This document shows, one piece after another, positions 1-11,078 of a stretch of 57,333 nucleotides of DNA (positions are counted from its first letter, which is position 1; every line of letters starts with the position of its first letter). The DNA is from Eubacteriales bacterium (GTDB lineage Bacteria; Bacillota; Clostridia; Oscillospirales; CAG-272): the NCBI GenBank assembly GCA_045631445.1, contig JAZQUS010000039.1:1-57333 (forward strand), read 5' to 3'. The notes below the pieces were generated by a model. That model was not told where the DNA came from. It searched no databases and saw nothing but the letters and a program-made list of their open reading frames with translations. A program made the position numbers and the translations under genes.

Positions 1-1
1 G

Positions 2-526
2 CTCACCGATGAGGCAGGGGTTGTTTTTTTGTCTTCTTGACAGAATTTGAATAACTCTTGCAAGTTCCTTTTCTCTACCAACTATAGAATCAAGCTTGCC
101 CGAAATTGCCTCTGCATTGAGATTTTTGCAATAAGAGTCAAGAAATTTTCTGCTCTTTTCTTTTTTCTTTTCATCATTATTTGACTTGCCCTTTTCAACG
201 TTAGGAGCATTGGCGGGAGTACCTCCAAAAAGCTTTTGAAGGTCAATCGCAGGAGTGGTTGCCTCGTCATCATTTGAGTCCCCCTCCATCATTGCAGGAA
301 GATTTCCACCCTCCTCCATCATCTTAGCCATATCATCCTCCATGCCTGCAAGCTCTTCGGATGAAATGCCAAGCTTATTCATCATATCACCAAGCATGTT
401 ATCAAGAGGAAGACCGAGTTCCTTAGCACAGGTAATGCAAACACCCTCGTTCTTCTTCTCACCATTTTCAAGCTTAGTGATGAAGACAACTGCCATTCTT
501 TTATGGCATCTTGAACACATTAACAT
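2..526 (-). CDS. ATP-dependent Clp protease ATP-binding subunit (ClpC/ClpE-like), N-terminal part; runs off the window start
   Basis: Not in ORF track; manual translation [18 protein letters not shown]...CITCAKELG (Zn-finger) ... [31 protein letters not shown] (Clp AAA+ D1 entry); ATG at 526, RBS GGAGGT at 533-538. Confidence 0.9.
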   Translation of the reverse strand, partial: MLMCSRCHKRMAVVFITKLENGEKKNEGVCITCAKELGLPLDNMLGDMMNKLGISSEELAGMEDDMAKMMEEGGNLPAMMEGDSNDDEATTPAIDLQKLFGGTPANAPNVEKGKSNNDEKKKEKSRKFLDSYCKNLNAEAISGKLDSIVGREKELARVIQILSRRQKNNPCLIGE

Positions 527-544
527 ATAAATACCTCCTCGGTA

Positions 545-1237
545 TTAGAAAGTAAACAAACCGATTTTATAAATAATTCTTGCAACAACGGTACTTTCAA
601 TAAAAGCATTTCCAAAAATCAATGCAACAATACAAACCACAAGACTTGTTACAAGATATGCATTTGCAACACCCCAAAGAACGCCTGCTGCGTGATTGAG
701 CCAACCAAGAACAGGAAGCTCCCAGATATTCTCAATAATAAGAATTGCTACAGTACAGATAATAAACGCAACTACAAATGCCAAAACATATCCAATTACG
801 TTAGAAACAACACCAATTGCAATATTCTCAATTTTTGTTCCAATTTCATTAGCAATTTCAACCTTATTTCCCGAAAGTGTGTTATAGTATTCTTCTATTT
901 CATCCATAGGAACTATTTTTTTAGCAATAGCAGGAACATCACTTGTAAGAGCTTCAAATGTAAACTCGCCATCGATTTCTTCAACCTTTTCAACGAGCAC
1001 ACTGCTCACCTTACCTTCAAACCAGCCCTCTACGAACCAATTCTGACACAAAGATGCAACCAATGAACCAATAAGTATAGTTACAAGAATTACAAAAAAG
1101 ATTTTTGTGCTTTTAAAGAATGATTTAACAAATCCTCTTCTAATCCCAAGAAACACCAAAAGAGCAGCAAGTGCCACAACAACAACGTCAACGATAATTT
1201 TTAAAAGTTCCATAATGTCCTCCAAGTTAATTTTCAA
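545..1237 (-). CDS. CvpA (colicin V production) family membrane protein
   Basis: 230-aa ORF, N-terminal DxxxxxxxxxxxxxGIRRGF and C-terminal LNHAAGVLWG motifs, several TM segments. Confidence 0.75.
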   Translation of the reverse strand: MKINLEDIMELLKIIVDVVVVALAALLVFLGIRRGFVKSFFKSTKIFFVILVTILIGSLVASLCQNWFVEGWFEGKVSSVLVEKVEEIDGEFTFEALTSDVPAIAKKIVPMDEIEEYYNTLSGNKVEIANEIGTKIENIAIGVVSNVIGYVLAFVVAFIICTVAILIIENIWELPVLGWLNHAAGVLWGVANAYLVTSLVVCIVALIFGNAFIESTVVARIIYKIGLFTF

Positions 1238-2462
1238 AATTCAAATATTTTGCATAAGAATCGTCACAAACAATCAATGTATTTTTATCACTGACCATCA
1301 TCTTAAAATCAGTTGCAACGACATCAATTTTTTTCGACGTATTTAACGTCATATTTTTTTGTTCAAATCCGCCAAGGGTTTGAACGAACAAATAGTTATC
1401 GCAAAGAGCAACATCCAAAATCCTGTCATCAAACAGATAACTTTTATCAATTTTTCCTCGCTTATTAAGTACTACCACCTCGGTTTTTCCACTATCCTTT
1501 GAAAAATGGGATAGTGCAATACTATCTTCTCCAAAATAGTAACGGTATATTTCATCATCTGTGGAATATTCATTCAAAAGTCCAAGATTTGAACTAAACG
1601 CTTTAACCTCGTTTGCACCAACCACAATAATATTGCCAGCATCAAGAATTTTCACAGCATAAGGAATTTCGAAAAAACCTGCATCCACACTATTGTAATC
1701 TTCTTTTCCAATGCGGTATAAACGAAGCTCGGTGCGAAAATCGTCCCCATTCGCAAAAGCAAGTAAAATTGCCATTTCGGTTCCCTTTTCGTTTAAGGAA
1801 GCGGAAATAACTCGTCCTTGCGAAAAGCTATAATCGTATCTTGTGCCATTAGTCTTATAAACGCTCACAACTGACTCATATCTTTCCGCACGGGTAATCA
1901 AAGCAAACGTACCATTTTTAGAAATGCTTGCGCCAAAAATAGCATAATCGAGTGTTTCACCTTTTACCCTTGTAAACGAATTATACAAATCAAACTGCCT
2001 TCCACCAACATCATACAAAAGAACATATTTGTCACTTGATGCAAGAGCGGGATTCCCATAACTATGATTGGAGGTGAAAATTTCTCTTCCTCCTGCGGCA
2101 AATACGGAAAATCTCTCCCTGCTTGCCAAGGCAAGTCCCTCACGATATGTAATAAAGCTCTGCGAATTACCTACGTTATAGGTTATTGTATCGTGAATCG
2201 AATTAACGTAATTATTGGCAAGCTTTATATCCTTGGTGAGATAAAATAACTTTTCATACGAAAGACTTCCCGACAAAATAAAGGCAATAATCACTAAAAT
2301 CAAAAGAACGCAAAGAATTCTTTTGAAATAAGCATATCTATAGCTTGCCTTGGCAAGGTAAATATCCGTTTTTCCGTCGTAATCCTTCTTAACGGAATTG
2401 GGATTATACTTAAATTTATCTATTAAATTGTCAAAAAAATGCATTTTCCCAACTCCTTTCAA
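1227..2462 (-). CDS. Membrane-anchored beta-propeller-like hypothetical protein (DUF5711-like)
   Basis: 411-aa ORF with one TM helix followed by beta-rich repeats; position between truA and cvpA. Confidence 0.55.
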   Translation of the reverse strand: MKGVGKMHFFDNLIDKFKYNPNSVKKDYDGKTDIYLAKASYRYAYFKRILCVLLILVIIAFILSGSLSYEKLFYLTKDIKLANNYVNSIHDTITYNVGNSQSFITYREGLALASRERFSVFAAGGREIFTSNHSYGNPALASSDKYVLLYDVGGRQFDLYNSFTRVKGETLDYAIFGASISKNGTFALITRAERYESVVSVYKTNGTRYDYSFSQGRVISASLNEKGTEMAILLAFANGDDFRTELRLYRIGKEDYNSVDAGFFEIPYAVKILDAGNIIVVGANEVKAFSSNLGLLNEYSTDDEIYRYYFGEDSIALSHFSKDSGKTEVVVLNKRGKIDKSYLFDDRILDVALCDNYLFVQTLGGFEQKNMTLNTSKKIDVVATDFKMMVSDKNTLIVCDDSYAKYLNFEN

Positions 2463-2463
2463 A

Positions 2464-3222
2464 TTAGTATTCTACTTTGTTAAGATACAATCCGCAAGCG
2501 GGCGCAGTTGAGCCCGCGTTTTTTCTATTTTTGCTCTCGGTGATTTTGGCAATATCCGAAGGTTCAATTTTTCCTTGTGCAACAAGAAGCAGAGTCCCCG
2601 TCATTATACGCACCATATTATATAAAAATCCGTCAGCAGCTACCTTGAAAATAATAAAATCTCCTTCACGATAAACTTTGGCATATTTAACTTCGCGATT
2701 TGTATCAACTATTTTCGACCCTTGAGCCATATAGGAGCAGAAATCGTGCTTTCCACAAAGGTGCTGCGCCGCCTCGTTCATTTTTTCAACAAGCTCATTT
2801 GAATAGGTCTGCGGAATATGGTATGCTCTATCCGCAGAAAACGGATTTTTAATGGGGTTATTCCAAATTTTATAGATATATTCCTTGTGTTTTACATCAT
2901 ATCTTGGGTGAAATTCGCTATCAACAATTCTACCCTCGAGCACGGAAATATCCTCAGGTAAAACGGAATTGAACGCGAGGGGGATTTTGTCCATAGGAAT
3001 AGTGCATTCCAAACTATTTTCACCTTTTTTTGAAACGCAAACAAAAAACTCATTTGCATGCACTCCGCTATCCGTTCTACTGCAACCAACCACGTCACAT
3101 TCAAAGCCCAATATACGCTTTGCTGCATCATTTAATTCCCTTTGAACTGTTGGCTTATCGGGCTGAACCTGATATCCGCAATAGTTTGTTCCAAGAAAGC
3201 TTATTTTAAGCAATAATTTCAT
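2464..3222 (-). CDS. truA: tRNA pseudouridine(38-40) synthase
   Basis: GYQVQP, SRTDSGVHA, GKHDF, GFLYNMVR, TAPACGLYL motifs. Confidence 0.95.
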   Translation of the reverse strand: MKLLLKISFLGTNYCGYQVQPDKPTVQRELNDAAKRILGFECDVVGCSRTDSGVHANEFFVCVSKKGENSLECTIPMDKIPLAFNSVLPEDISVLEGRIVDSEFHPRYDVKHKEYIYKIWNNPIKNPFSADRAYHIPQTYSNELVEKMNEAAQHLCGKHDFCSYMAQGSKIVDTNREVKYAKVYREGDFIIFKVAADGFLYNMVRIMTGTLLLVAQGKIEPSDIAKITESKNRKNAGSTAPACGLYLNKVEY

Positions 3223-3234
3223 TTTATCACCTCG

Positions 3235-4056
3235 TTAAAAAGGTAAAAACTGACTTGCAAGCATATTAATACAAACAATCGCAGCACCAAATCCAATTAT
3301 CAATAAGAGTGCAAAAATGTCACTTGCTTGACATTTCAATATTTTCATTCTCGTTCTACCCTCTCCACCGCGATAGCAACGGCACTCCATCGCAGTTGCT
3401 AGGTCGAGCGCGTGTCTTATTGACGATGAGAAAAGGGGGATAAGAATCGGTATAAGCGCCTTCGCTCTTTGGATAAGTGAACCGTTTGTAAAATCCGCTC
3501 CCCTTGCCTTTTGAGCATTCATGATTTTTTCTGCTTCTTCCATAAGAGTGGGAATAAAGCGCAAAGCAATGGTCATAATCATTGCAAAATCGTGAACGGG
3601 CAAGCCAATTTTCTTAAGAGGTGAAAGCAATCTTTCAATACCGTCAGTAAGAGCTATCGGGGTTGTGGTATATGTCAAAAGAATGCTACTTCCTATGATA
3701 AGCACGAAAATTCTCACCATAAGAAATATCGCGTTTATTACACCCTTATCATAAATTTGAACAAAACCAAGATCAAACAGAATATTGCCCTCAGTAGTCC
3801 AAAAAATATTGATAATTGCAGTAAAGGCGATAATAAATAAAATCGGCTTAACTGACTTAATAACAATTTTAAAGGGGATATTGGAAAGAGCTAATATTGT
3901 GATAGCGGAAAGTAGCAACAGTGCCATTGAAAGCACGTTTGAACACAAAAATACTATCACGATATAAAGCATTGCAATAACGATTTTCACTCTCGGATCG
4001 AGATTGTGAATAGGAGATTTAACAGCATAGTACTGTCCAAGTGAAATACTTTTCAT
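3235..4056 (-). CDS. ecfT: ECF transporter transmembrane component
   Basis: LDPRVK, IALRFIPTL, AQKARG, AMECRCY motifs; follows two ECF ATPases. Confidence 0.93.
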   Translation of the reverse strand: MKSISLGQYYAVKSPIHNLDPRVKIVIAMLYIVIVFLCSNVLSMALLLLSAITILALSNIPFKIVIKSVKPILFIIAFTAIINIFWTTEGNILFDLGFVQIYDKGVINAIFLMVRIFVLIIGSSILLTYTTTPIALTDGIERLLSPLKKIGLPVHDFAMIMTIALRFIPTLMEEAEKIMNAQKARGADFTNGSLIQRAKALIPILIPLFSSSIRHALDLATAMECRCYRGGEGRTRMKILKCQASDIFALLLIIGFGAAIVCINMLASQFLPF

Positions 4057-4910
4057 TTCGCACCTCCCAAAAGTCTTGCTATTTCTTTAACGGCTTCTTC
4101 TTCGGTATAAATACCGTTATTAACCTTAATTCCACGAGCATTAAGCTCATGCATAAGCAATGTTATTTGAGGAACGGCAAGTCCTATTTTTTCAAGCATT
4201 TGGGACTGAGTAAACACCTCATCACGCGTGCCGTTAAGCACAACCTCACCGTGTGAAAGCACGATAATATCGTCGCAAAGACGAGCCATATCCTCCATAC
4301 TGTGACTTACAATGATAACCGTAGCACCGGTCTTTTCACGATATTTGAAAATCCCGTCCAAAATCACGTCACGTCCTTGAGGGTCAAGTCCCGCTGCAGG
4401 CTCATCAAGAACGAGCACCTCGGGGCGCATCGCAATAACACCCGCAATAGCAACTCTTCTCTTTTGACCGCCAGAAAGATCAAAGGGATTCTTTTGAAGC
4501 ACATCGGGAGAGAGTCCAACAAAATCGATAGCTTCATTTATTCTTTCGGCAATTTCAAGTTCGTTAAGTCCCATATTTTTAGGACCATAAGCAATATCCT
4601 TTTCAACAGTTTCTTCAAACAACTGATATTCAGGATACTGCATAACAAGTCCAACTCTAAAACGAACCTTGCCAATTTCCTTCGGCTTTTCCCAAATATC
4701 AACACCGTCAAGAAGCACCTTACCCTCGCTTGGGGTAGCAAGTCCGTTAAGAAGCTGAAGCATCGTGCTTTTTCCACTTCCCGTGTGTCCTATAAGACCT
4801 GTAATTGAACCTTCTTTTATTTCGATATTAACATTTTTTAATGCTTCTTTACAATATGCCGTTCCCTTGCCGTAGAAGAACGACACATCCTGAAGTTTAA
4901 TTTTTGCCAT
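4053..4910 (-). CDS. ecfA2: ECF transporter ATPase A2
   Basis: Walker A GHTGSGKST, QYPEYQLF, LSGGQKRR, LDEPAAGLDP. Confidence 0.93.
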   Translation of the reverse strand: MAKIKLQDVSFFYGKGTAYCKEALKNVNIEIKEGSITGLIGHTGSGKSTMLQLLNGLATPSEGKVLLDGVDIWEKPKEIGKVRFRVGLVMQYPEYQLFEETVEKDIAYGPKNMGLNELEIAERINEAIDFVGLSPDVLQKNPFDLSGGQKRRVAIAGVIAMRPEVLVLDEPAAGLDPQGRDVILDGIFKYREKTGATVIIVSHSMEDMARLCDDIIVLSHGEVVLNGTRDEVFTQSQMLEKIGLAVPQITLLMHELNARGIKVNNGIYTEEEAVKEIARLLGGAK

Positions 4911-5775
4911 TTTTCTTTTTAAGTGCTGCCTCTATCGCCTCTGCACACGCAGTAGGTGTATGGCATTCTCCTTCAATTATTATTCCTTGTTTTTTAAGTG
5001 AATGAACAAGCCCCACACATTGTGGAACGTCAAGTCCACATTCACGAAGCTTTTCGGATTTCTCAAAAATCTCGGCAGGGCTTCCGTCCATAAGAATTTT
5101 GCCATCGTCAAGAACAACGATTCTATTAGCTCTTGCCGCCTCGTCCATATAATGAGTAATCATAATTATGGTAATACCGTGCTCACAATTGAGTTTTTCA
5201 ATGGTATTCATAATATCGCGTCTACCAAGTGGATCAAGCATAGCGGTTGACTCGTCAAAAATCATACAGTCGGGCTTCATTGCAAGAATACCCGCTATCG
5301 CAATTCTCTGCTTTTGACCGCCCGAAAGTCGCGCGGGCTCACCCTTTGCATATTCACTCATACCTACTACAGAAAGTGCCTCATCAACTCTGCGACGGAT
5401 TTCTGCAGGCGCAATTCCAAGATTTTCAGGACCAAACGCAACATCGTCCTCAACTATAGTTGCAACGAGCTGGTTATCAGGATTTTGGAATACCATTCCT
5501 ACCTTCTTTCGAAGCTCGAAAACATCATCCTCCGTCATTTCAGGATTAGTAATGTCCTTGCCCTCAATGTATATTTTGCCCGAATCCGGCTCAAGTATCA
5601 TATTGAGAAGCTTTGCAAGAGTTGACTTTCCGCTTCCGTTGTGACCGAGCACCGCAAGATATTCACCCTTTTTAATATCAAGGGAAATATTCTTCAAAAC
5701 ACTCGTTCTAGCTCCGTCATCCTCTTCGTAGCTAACACATAAATTCTCTATTTTAATATAAGAATCAGAATTCAC
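4897..5775 (-). CDS. ecfA1: ECF transporter ATPase A1
   Basis: Walker A GHNGSGKST, FQNPDNQ, LSGGQKQR, DESTAMLDP; GTG start. Confidence 0.93.
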   Translation of the reverse strand: MNSDSYIKIENLCVSYEEDDGARTSVLKNISLDIKKGEYLAVLGHNGSGKSTLAKLLNMILEPDSGKIYIEGKDITNPEMTEDDVFELRKKVGMVFQNPDNQLVATIVEDDVAFGPENLGIAPAEIRRRVDEALSVVGMSEYAKGEPARLSGGQKQRIAIAGILAMKPDCMIFDESTAMLDPLGRRDIMNTIEKLNCEHGITIIMITHYMDEAARANRIVVLDDGKILMDGSPAEIFEKSEKLRECGLDVPQCVGLVHSLKKQGIIIEGECHTPTACAEAIEAALKKKNGKN

Positions 5776-5805
5776 CTTGTGACTTTCCTTTCTTTTTTGT
5801 TTAAA

Positions 5806-6672
5806 TTATTTTTCCTCCTGCCAACGCGCACTTGCTCCGCATGGCATAAATCCTCCGCTATATTTAACGGGGAGCGCAATCTCGCTTGCTTCACATTTGC
5901 CACCGTGAACCTTAGAAATGCGAAGATCAACAATATAACTCATAGTAAGGGGAGATAATCCTGTTGTATATGAGTTGATCAAGAAGAACAAGGGCTTGTC
6001 TGAAAGCACCTTTGATGTAAGCGCAACCAAATCGTCAATGCTATCCTCAATCTTCCAAATTTCACCCGAAGGCCCTCTACCGTAAGAGGGTGGGTCCATA
6101 ATAATTGCATCATATTTGTTACCGCGTCGAATTTCGCGCTCAACAAACTTTTTGCAGTCGTCAACAATATAACGAATGGGAGCATTTTCAAGTCCGGAAA
6201 GCTTTGCATTTTCCTTTGCCTGAGCAACCATTCCCTTTGCAGCATCTACGTGACAAACTGATGCCCCCGCCTTTGCCGCCGCAACTGTTGCACCACCCGT
6301 ATATGCAAACAAATTAAGTACCTTAATAGGTCTGCCCGCGTTCTTAATAAGGTCAGAAAACCAATCCCAGTTAGCCGCCTGCTCGGGGAAAAGTCCCGTG
6401 TGCTTAAATCCCATTGGGCGAAGCACAAAGCCAAGCTCACCATAAGTAATATTCCATTCTTCAGGGAGATTTTTCTTAACCCATTTACCGCCACCCGTGT
6501 TTGCGCGACGATAAATACCATCCGCCTTTTTCCATTCGGGCGCGTTTCTTTCACTGTGCCAAATTATCTGCGGGTCGGGTCTTATAAGTATATATTTTCC
6601 CCATCTTTCAAGACGTTCACCGTCAGATGCGTCAAGAAGCTGATAGTCTTTCCAATTATTTGCACTCCACAT
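5806..6672 (-). CDS. Class I SAM-dependent methyltransferase (RlmI/RlmK-like family)
   Basis: Start reassigned to MWSANNWKDY (ATG 6672); FKHTGLFPEQ, VLNLFAYTGG, DPPSYG motifs. Confidence 0.85.
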   Translation of the reverse strand: MWSANNWKDYQLLDASDGERLERWGKYILIRPDPQIIWHSERNAPEWKKADGIYRRANTGGGKWVKKNLPEEWNITYGELGFVLRPMGFKHTGLFPEQAANWDWFSDLIKNAGRPIKVLNLFAYTGGATVAAAKAGASVCHVDAAKGMVAQAKENAKLSGLENAPIRYIVDDCKKFVEREIRRGNKYDAIIMDPPSYGRGPSGEIWKIEDSIDDLVALTSKVLSDKPLFFLINSYTTGLSPLTMSYIVDLRISKVHGGKCEASEIALPVKYSGGFMPCGASARWQEEK

Positions 6673-6673
6673 A

Positions 6674-7195
6674 TCAATAAACCTTTCCGTAAGTTTGTTT
6701 TTTGTTGTAATATTTTGAAATCTTTGAGCTACCCGCGTGCGCGTGGCAAATTGCAATAGCAAGAGCATCCGCCGCGTCGTCGGGAGTAATCTTTTGCTTG
6801 ATGTTAAGAAACATCTGCACCATCGTAATAACCTGATTTTTCTCCGCCCTGCCGTATCCAACAACGCTTTGTTTAACCTGAAGCGGTGTATATTCAAAAA
6901 TTTCAACGCCAAGAAGCTCTGCACAAAGAAGAATTACTCCTCTTGCCTCTGCAACGGCAATACCGGTTTTTTGGTTGGTATTCCAAAATAGCTCTTCAAC
7001 CGCCATCGCATCGGGATGATATTTTTCAATAATATCCTTCAATTCACTGTAAATTGTAGCAAGTCGTTTTTCAGTATCCGTATGTGCAGGAGTACGAATC
7101 ACGCCGTAATCAAGAGTGCGAAACTTTGAACCGCTATATTCAATTACGCCAAAGCCCACAATAGCAACACCGGGGTCAATTCCTAGAATTATCAT
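6674..7195 (-). CDS. ruvC: Holliday junction resolvase
   Basis: MIILGIDPG, AVEELF, EARGV, DDAADALAIAICH; RBS GGGAGGAG upstream of ATG 7195. Confidence 0.95.
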   Translation of the reverse strand: MIILGIDPGVAIVGFGVIEYSGSKFRTLDYGVIRTPAHTDTEKRLATIYSELKDIIEKYHPDAMAVEELFWNTNQKTGIAVAEARGVILLCAELLGVEIFEYTPLQVKQSVVGYGRAEKNQVITMVQMFLNIKQKITPDDAADALAIAICHAHAGSSKISKYYNKKQTYGKVY

Positions 7196-7385
7196 ATTCT
7201 CCTCCCAAACACACTTTATCAATTTATCATTATATCATAAAAATCCTGAAAAGTCAAATATTTTTGTATGTAATATATTATAATATTATATAAAAAATAT
7301 TCAAAATAACCATTTACTTATAGCAAAATTTATGATATAATAACTTTATATATCGTTTTTTCATTTTTGTGAAGCGGAGGTAAAT

Positions 7386-7592
7386 ATGAAAATCATAAAA
7401 TTATTCGTTGGTGACGTGGTCGAAATGAAAAAGAACCATCCCTGCGGATCTAATCAATTCAAAATTTTACGAGTCGGAAGTGACGTTCGTGTTATATGCC
7501 TAAACTGTTCACGCGATATGACTCTTGATAGAATAAAATTCGAAAAATCAATAAAAAAATTCATCGTTTCACACAATCCCGAAAACGTTTGA
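7386..7592 (+). CDS. DUF951-like small protein
   Basis: VGDVVEMKKNHPCGS...RVGSDVRVICLNC pattern; RBS GGAGG. Confidence 0.85.
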   Translation: MKIIKLFVGDVVEMKKNHPCGSNQFKILRVGSDVRVICLNCSRDMTLDRIKFEKSIKKFIVSHNPENV

Positions 7593-7604
7593 TAGGAGCA
7601 ATAT

Positions 7605-10436
7605 ATGAAATTTAAAAATCCATTTAAAATAATTAAAAGTAATGAAAAACTACTTTCTATAAAAACGGAATACGGTTATCTTACCAATGCATTTTTCATT
7701 CCCGCAATGATAATGCTTGCAATTTACTTTGCATTTGGACATAAGCCACTTGGTGATTTAAGTGTCCTCACACTCGACCTCAACGCGCAATACGTTTACT
7801 TTTATGAGGCACTCCGTGAGTTTTTACACGGCGATGCTTCACTTCTCTATTCGTTCTCGCGTTCACTTGGCGGTGAGTTTATGGGAATTTATGCCTACTA
7901 TATAGCAAGCCCGCTTTCGTATATAGTTGCTCTATTTCCAAAGTCTATGATGCTCTATGCTCTTTTGACCATCATCGTTATTAAAATTGGACTTTGCGGA
8001 CTTTCATTCGGCTTCTATCTTCACAAGCAGGGCAAATGCGAAAACAAGAACAATATCATTTTGTTTGCAACAATGTACGCCCTCTCTGCCTACGCAATAA
8101 CATATCAAAACAACATAATGTGGCTTGACGGATTATTCCTTCTCCCCATTCTCACATATGCAATTGAACAACTTATCAAAAAAGGAAAAATCGTGCTTTA
8201 TATCGCCGTTTTGGCACTCGTTATGATGAGCCACTACTACATCGGCTATATGATGTGCTGGTACACGCTTTTCTGCTTCTTCTTCACTTATTTCAAGGAT
8301 AGTGATAGAAGCATCATCAATCCAAAAGGTGAAAAGCACCATTTCCTGAAATCCTTTGCAAGAATAGGCGTCGGCACAGCGGTTGGACTTGGAATGGCGG
8401 CGTTTATTATAGGTGCGGCTTACTATTCGCTTCAATTTGGCAAAAACGAATTTTCAAAACCAAATTGGGATATGGTTGCAAATTTTGATTTCTTCGATCT
8501 TTTCCCAAAGCTTCTTCCCGGTTCTTATGATACTGTAATGCACGAGGGACTCCCTCTTCTCTATAGCGGTGTCCTCACCCTCTTTATGTTACCAATTTTC
8601 GTAATGGCAAAGCGCGTTCCATCTCGCGAAAAAATATTCTACGGTGCGTTCTCATTTCTTTTCGTGCTTATTATGGCAATGAATCCCACCGATCTTGTAA
8701 TGCACGGATTCCAAGAGCCTAACTGCTTAAACTACCGTTATAGCTTTATTGTAATTTTCTTGATGCTTATAATGGCATATAAAGCTTTCTGCGAAATTGA
8801 AGAGCATTCTCCAAAGAAAATTTTCGCAACGGGTGCTTGTGTAATCACTCTACTCCTCATAGCACAGAAAATGGAATTTCCCAACTTCGTTCTACAAGAT
8901 AAAGATGAATACAAATATGGCTTTATTGCAAACAAGCTTCCATTTTTGTGGGTTATTGTTTTCTCAATCATAGCAATTTTTGCAATCGGTGCAATACTAT
9001 GCTACCTCATCAAATCACAAAATAAAAAACGCATGGCTCAAATTCTTTTCGTTGCAATATGTATTGAGCTTTTTGTAAATGGAGTTGTGCTTTTTGCCTC
9101 TATGCGATACAATATAGGTTGGGGTACTTATTCATCATATTACGATTACTTTAAAGAATTAACTCCCATCGTCGAAACTGTTCAAAATCAAGATAAAACC
9201 TTCTATCGTTCCGAAAAAACAACTCACCGTTGTACAAACGATAATATGGCACTTAACATTAAAGGCTTTTCAAACTCAACCTCAACTCTCAATCAAAAAG
9301 CTATCGATCTCATCGAGTATCTTGGTATATACGCAGATGCGCATTGGACACAATACCTTGGCTCAACTGCACTCGTAGATGCAATCTTCGGAGTTAAATA
9401 CATTTATTCTGCAAAGGAAAATCCATATAGCAATGAAACTCTTGCCCAAAACGGTTTTATGGATAAATATTTTGAAAAGGTTGCAGAGGACGATAATTAT
9501 TTCGCATATAAAAACCCTTACGCATTAGGCCTTGCCTTTGGCGTAAGTGATGCAATCAAAAATCTTGAAACAACGCTTTCCTATGACTATAAAGTAGAAG
9601 AAGGGCTCAAAAATCCCTTCGAGGTACAAAATCTTTTATTGAATACTCTCCTTGGCAACGATGAAGAAAATTCCATTGATTTCTTCACTCCAATCAAATT
9701 AAGTAAAGGCACAGAAATAATCGGTAGCCTTGGTACGATTGGCGGAAGTATGGAATATTCCTCGACCTCGTCCGATCCAACGGAAGAAAATTTGGAATTC
9801 AAATTTAAAGTAAAGAAAAGCGGCCCCCTCTATCTCTTCTTACCCACAGGATATGAAAGATCATTCACAATGAGCGTTAATGGTGAGCATTACGTTCAAA
9901 GCAGCAACTATTCAAGAATTATTTGCTTGGGATATAGAGAAGCAGGTGAGGAAATGAGCATAAAATTCAAGCTTGATGAAGGAAAGCTCTATTTCTTCAA
10001 AAATACAAATTATCTATATACACTCGATATGGATGAATTTGAACATGCAATCGAAAATCTTGCAAAAACGAATCTCGTAACCACTGAAAAATCAACTGAT
10101 GACAATATTTTTGGTTCTATTACCACATACGAAAACAACAAAACTATTATGACAACCATTCCCTACGATGCAGGATGGAAGGTTTATGTTGATGGGAAAC
10201 AGGTTGAAACATACTCAATCTACGGTGACTCACTCATGGCGTTCGATATTGACAACGCAGGTGATCACGAAATCGAATTCAAGTATATGCCTAAAATTTA
10301 TGTTGTAGGTGGTATTATTTCAGGTATTTCAACCGTTCTCTTTGCGGGAATTTGGATTTTAGAATCAAGAAAAAGCAAAAAGGAAGTTGTTTCAGTAACA
10401 AAAAACAATGAAGAAGAAACAGAAGGAGAAAACTGA
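7605..10436 (+). CDS. YfhO-family membrane glycosyltransferase (GT-C-like)
   Basis: 943 aa, DLNAQY, YYIASP, many TM helices, C-terminal IPYDAGWKVYVDGK. Confidence 0.85.
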   Translation: MKFKNPFKIIKSNEKLLSIKTEYGYLTNAFFIPAMIMLAIYFAFGHKPLGDLSVLTLDLNAQYVYFYEALREFLHGDASLLYSFSRSLGGEFMGIYAYYIASPLSYIVALFPKSMMLYALLTIIVIKIGLCGLSFGFYLHKQGKCENKNNIILFATMYALSAYAITYQNNIMWLDGLFLLPILTYAIEQLIKKGKIVLYIAVLALVMMSHYYIGYMMCWYTLFCFFFTYFKDSDRSIINPKGEKHHFLKSFARIGVGTAVGLGMAAFIIGAAYYSLQFGKNEFSKPNWDMVANFDFFDLFPKLLPGSYDTVMHEGLPLLYSGVLTLFMLPIFVMAKRVPSREKIFYGAFSFLFVLIMAMNPTDLVMHGFQEPNCLNYRYSFIVIFLMLIMAYKAFCEIEEHSPKKIFATGACVITLLLIAQKMEFPNFVLQDKDEYKYGFIANKLPFLWVIVFSIIAIFAIGAILCYLIKSQNKKRMAQILFVAICIELFVNGVVLFASMRYNIGWGTYSSYYDYFKELTPIVETVQNQDKTFYRSEKTTHRCTNDNMALNIKGFSNSTSTLNQKAIDLIEYLGIYADAHWTQYLGSTALVDAIFGVKYIYSAKENPYSNETLAQNGFMDKYFEKVAEDDNYFAYKNPYALGLAFGVSDAIKNLETTLSYDYKVEEGLKNPFEVQNLLLNTLLGNDEENSIDFFTPIKLSKGTEIIGSLGTIGGSMEYSSTSSDPTEENLEFKFKVKKSGPLYLFLPTGYERSFTMSVNGEHYVQSSNYSRIICLGYREAGEEMSIKFKLDEGKLYFFKNTNYLYTLDMDEFEHAIENLAKTNLVTTEKSTDDNIFGSITTYENNKTIMTTIPYDAGWKVYVDGKQVETYSIYGDSLMAFDIDNAGDHEIEFKYMPKIYVVGGIISGISTVLFAGIWILESRKSKKEVVSVTKNNEEETEGEN

Positions 10437-11074
10437 TGTTTTATTACATTGAAGGCAAGCTTGCCCACCTTGATTATGGCTTTGCCGTTGTAGATGCTAA
10501 CGGTGTTGGCTATAAATTAACAATAACACAAACGACCTATGAGGCAATGCCACCTCACCTCTCGGTGAGTGAAGCGCCCATAGTTCGTCTTTATACCTAT
10601 ATGGCAGTTCGTGAGGACGGAATTGAGCTTTTTGGCTTCGCAAGTGAAAGTGAGCTTGAGGCATTCAAGCTTCTAATCACTGTATCGGGCGTTGGTCCCA
10701 AGGCAGCCACTGCCATCTTGTCCTTGTTCACGCCCGATAAGCTCTTTATCACGATTATGAATGAAGACACAAAGGCAATTTCAAAGGCAAACGGAATAGG
10801 CGCCAAAACCGCCGCAAGAATTATTCTTGAACTTAAAGACAAGGTTTCAAAAACTTATAGTGAAAGTGTTCCTACAGCTCAAAACACATCTTCAACGAAT
10901 GTTTCCGTACCTGCAGGAAGCTCAAAGCTTTCTGATGCACAAAGTGCCCTTTTGGTGCTTGGTTACACCAAAAGTGAGGTTGTTGCCGCTCTTCGCGGAG
11001 TTGAACTTGCAGGTAAAGATACGGATGATATTATCCGTATTGCACTTAAAAATCTTAGTAAATTTGGAGGGTAA
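10436..11074 (+). CDS. ruvA: Holliday junction DNA-binding protein
   Basis: VREDGIELFGF, LITVSGVGPKAA, GIGAKTAARIILELKDK; start overlaps upstream stop (TGATG). Confidence 0.95.
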   Translation: MFYYIEGKLAHLDYGFAVVDANGVGYKLTITQTTYEAMPPHLSVSEAPIVRLYTYMAVREDGIELFGFASESELEAFKLLITVSGVGPKAATAILSLFTPDKLFITIMNEDTKAISKANGIGAKTAARIILELKDKVSKTYSESVPTAQNTSSTNVSVPAGSSKLSDAQSALLVLGYTKSEVVAALRGVELAGKDTDDIIRIALKNLSKFGG

Positions 11075-11078
11075 ATAA

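Noticed and set aside
6673-6924. N-terminal extension of the methyltransferase in the ORF track
   Set aside because: Overlaps ruvC in another frame; recognisable sequence begins at MWSANNW (6672).
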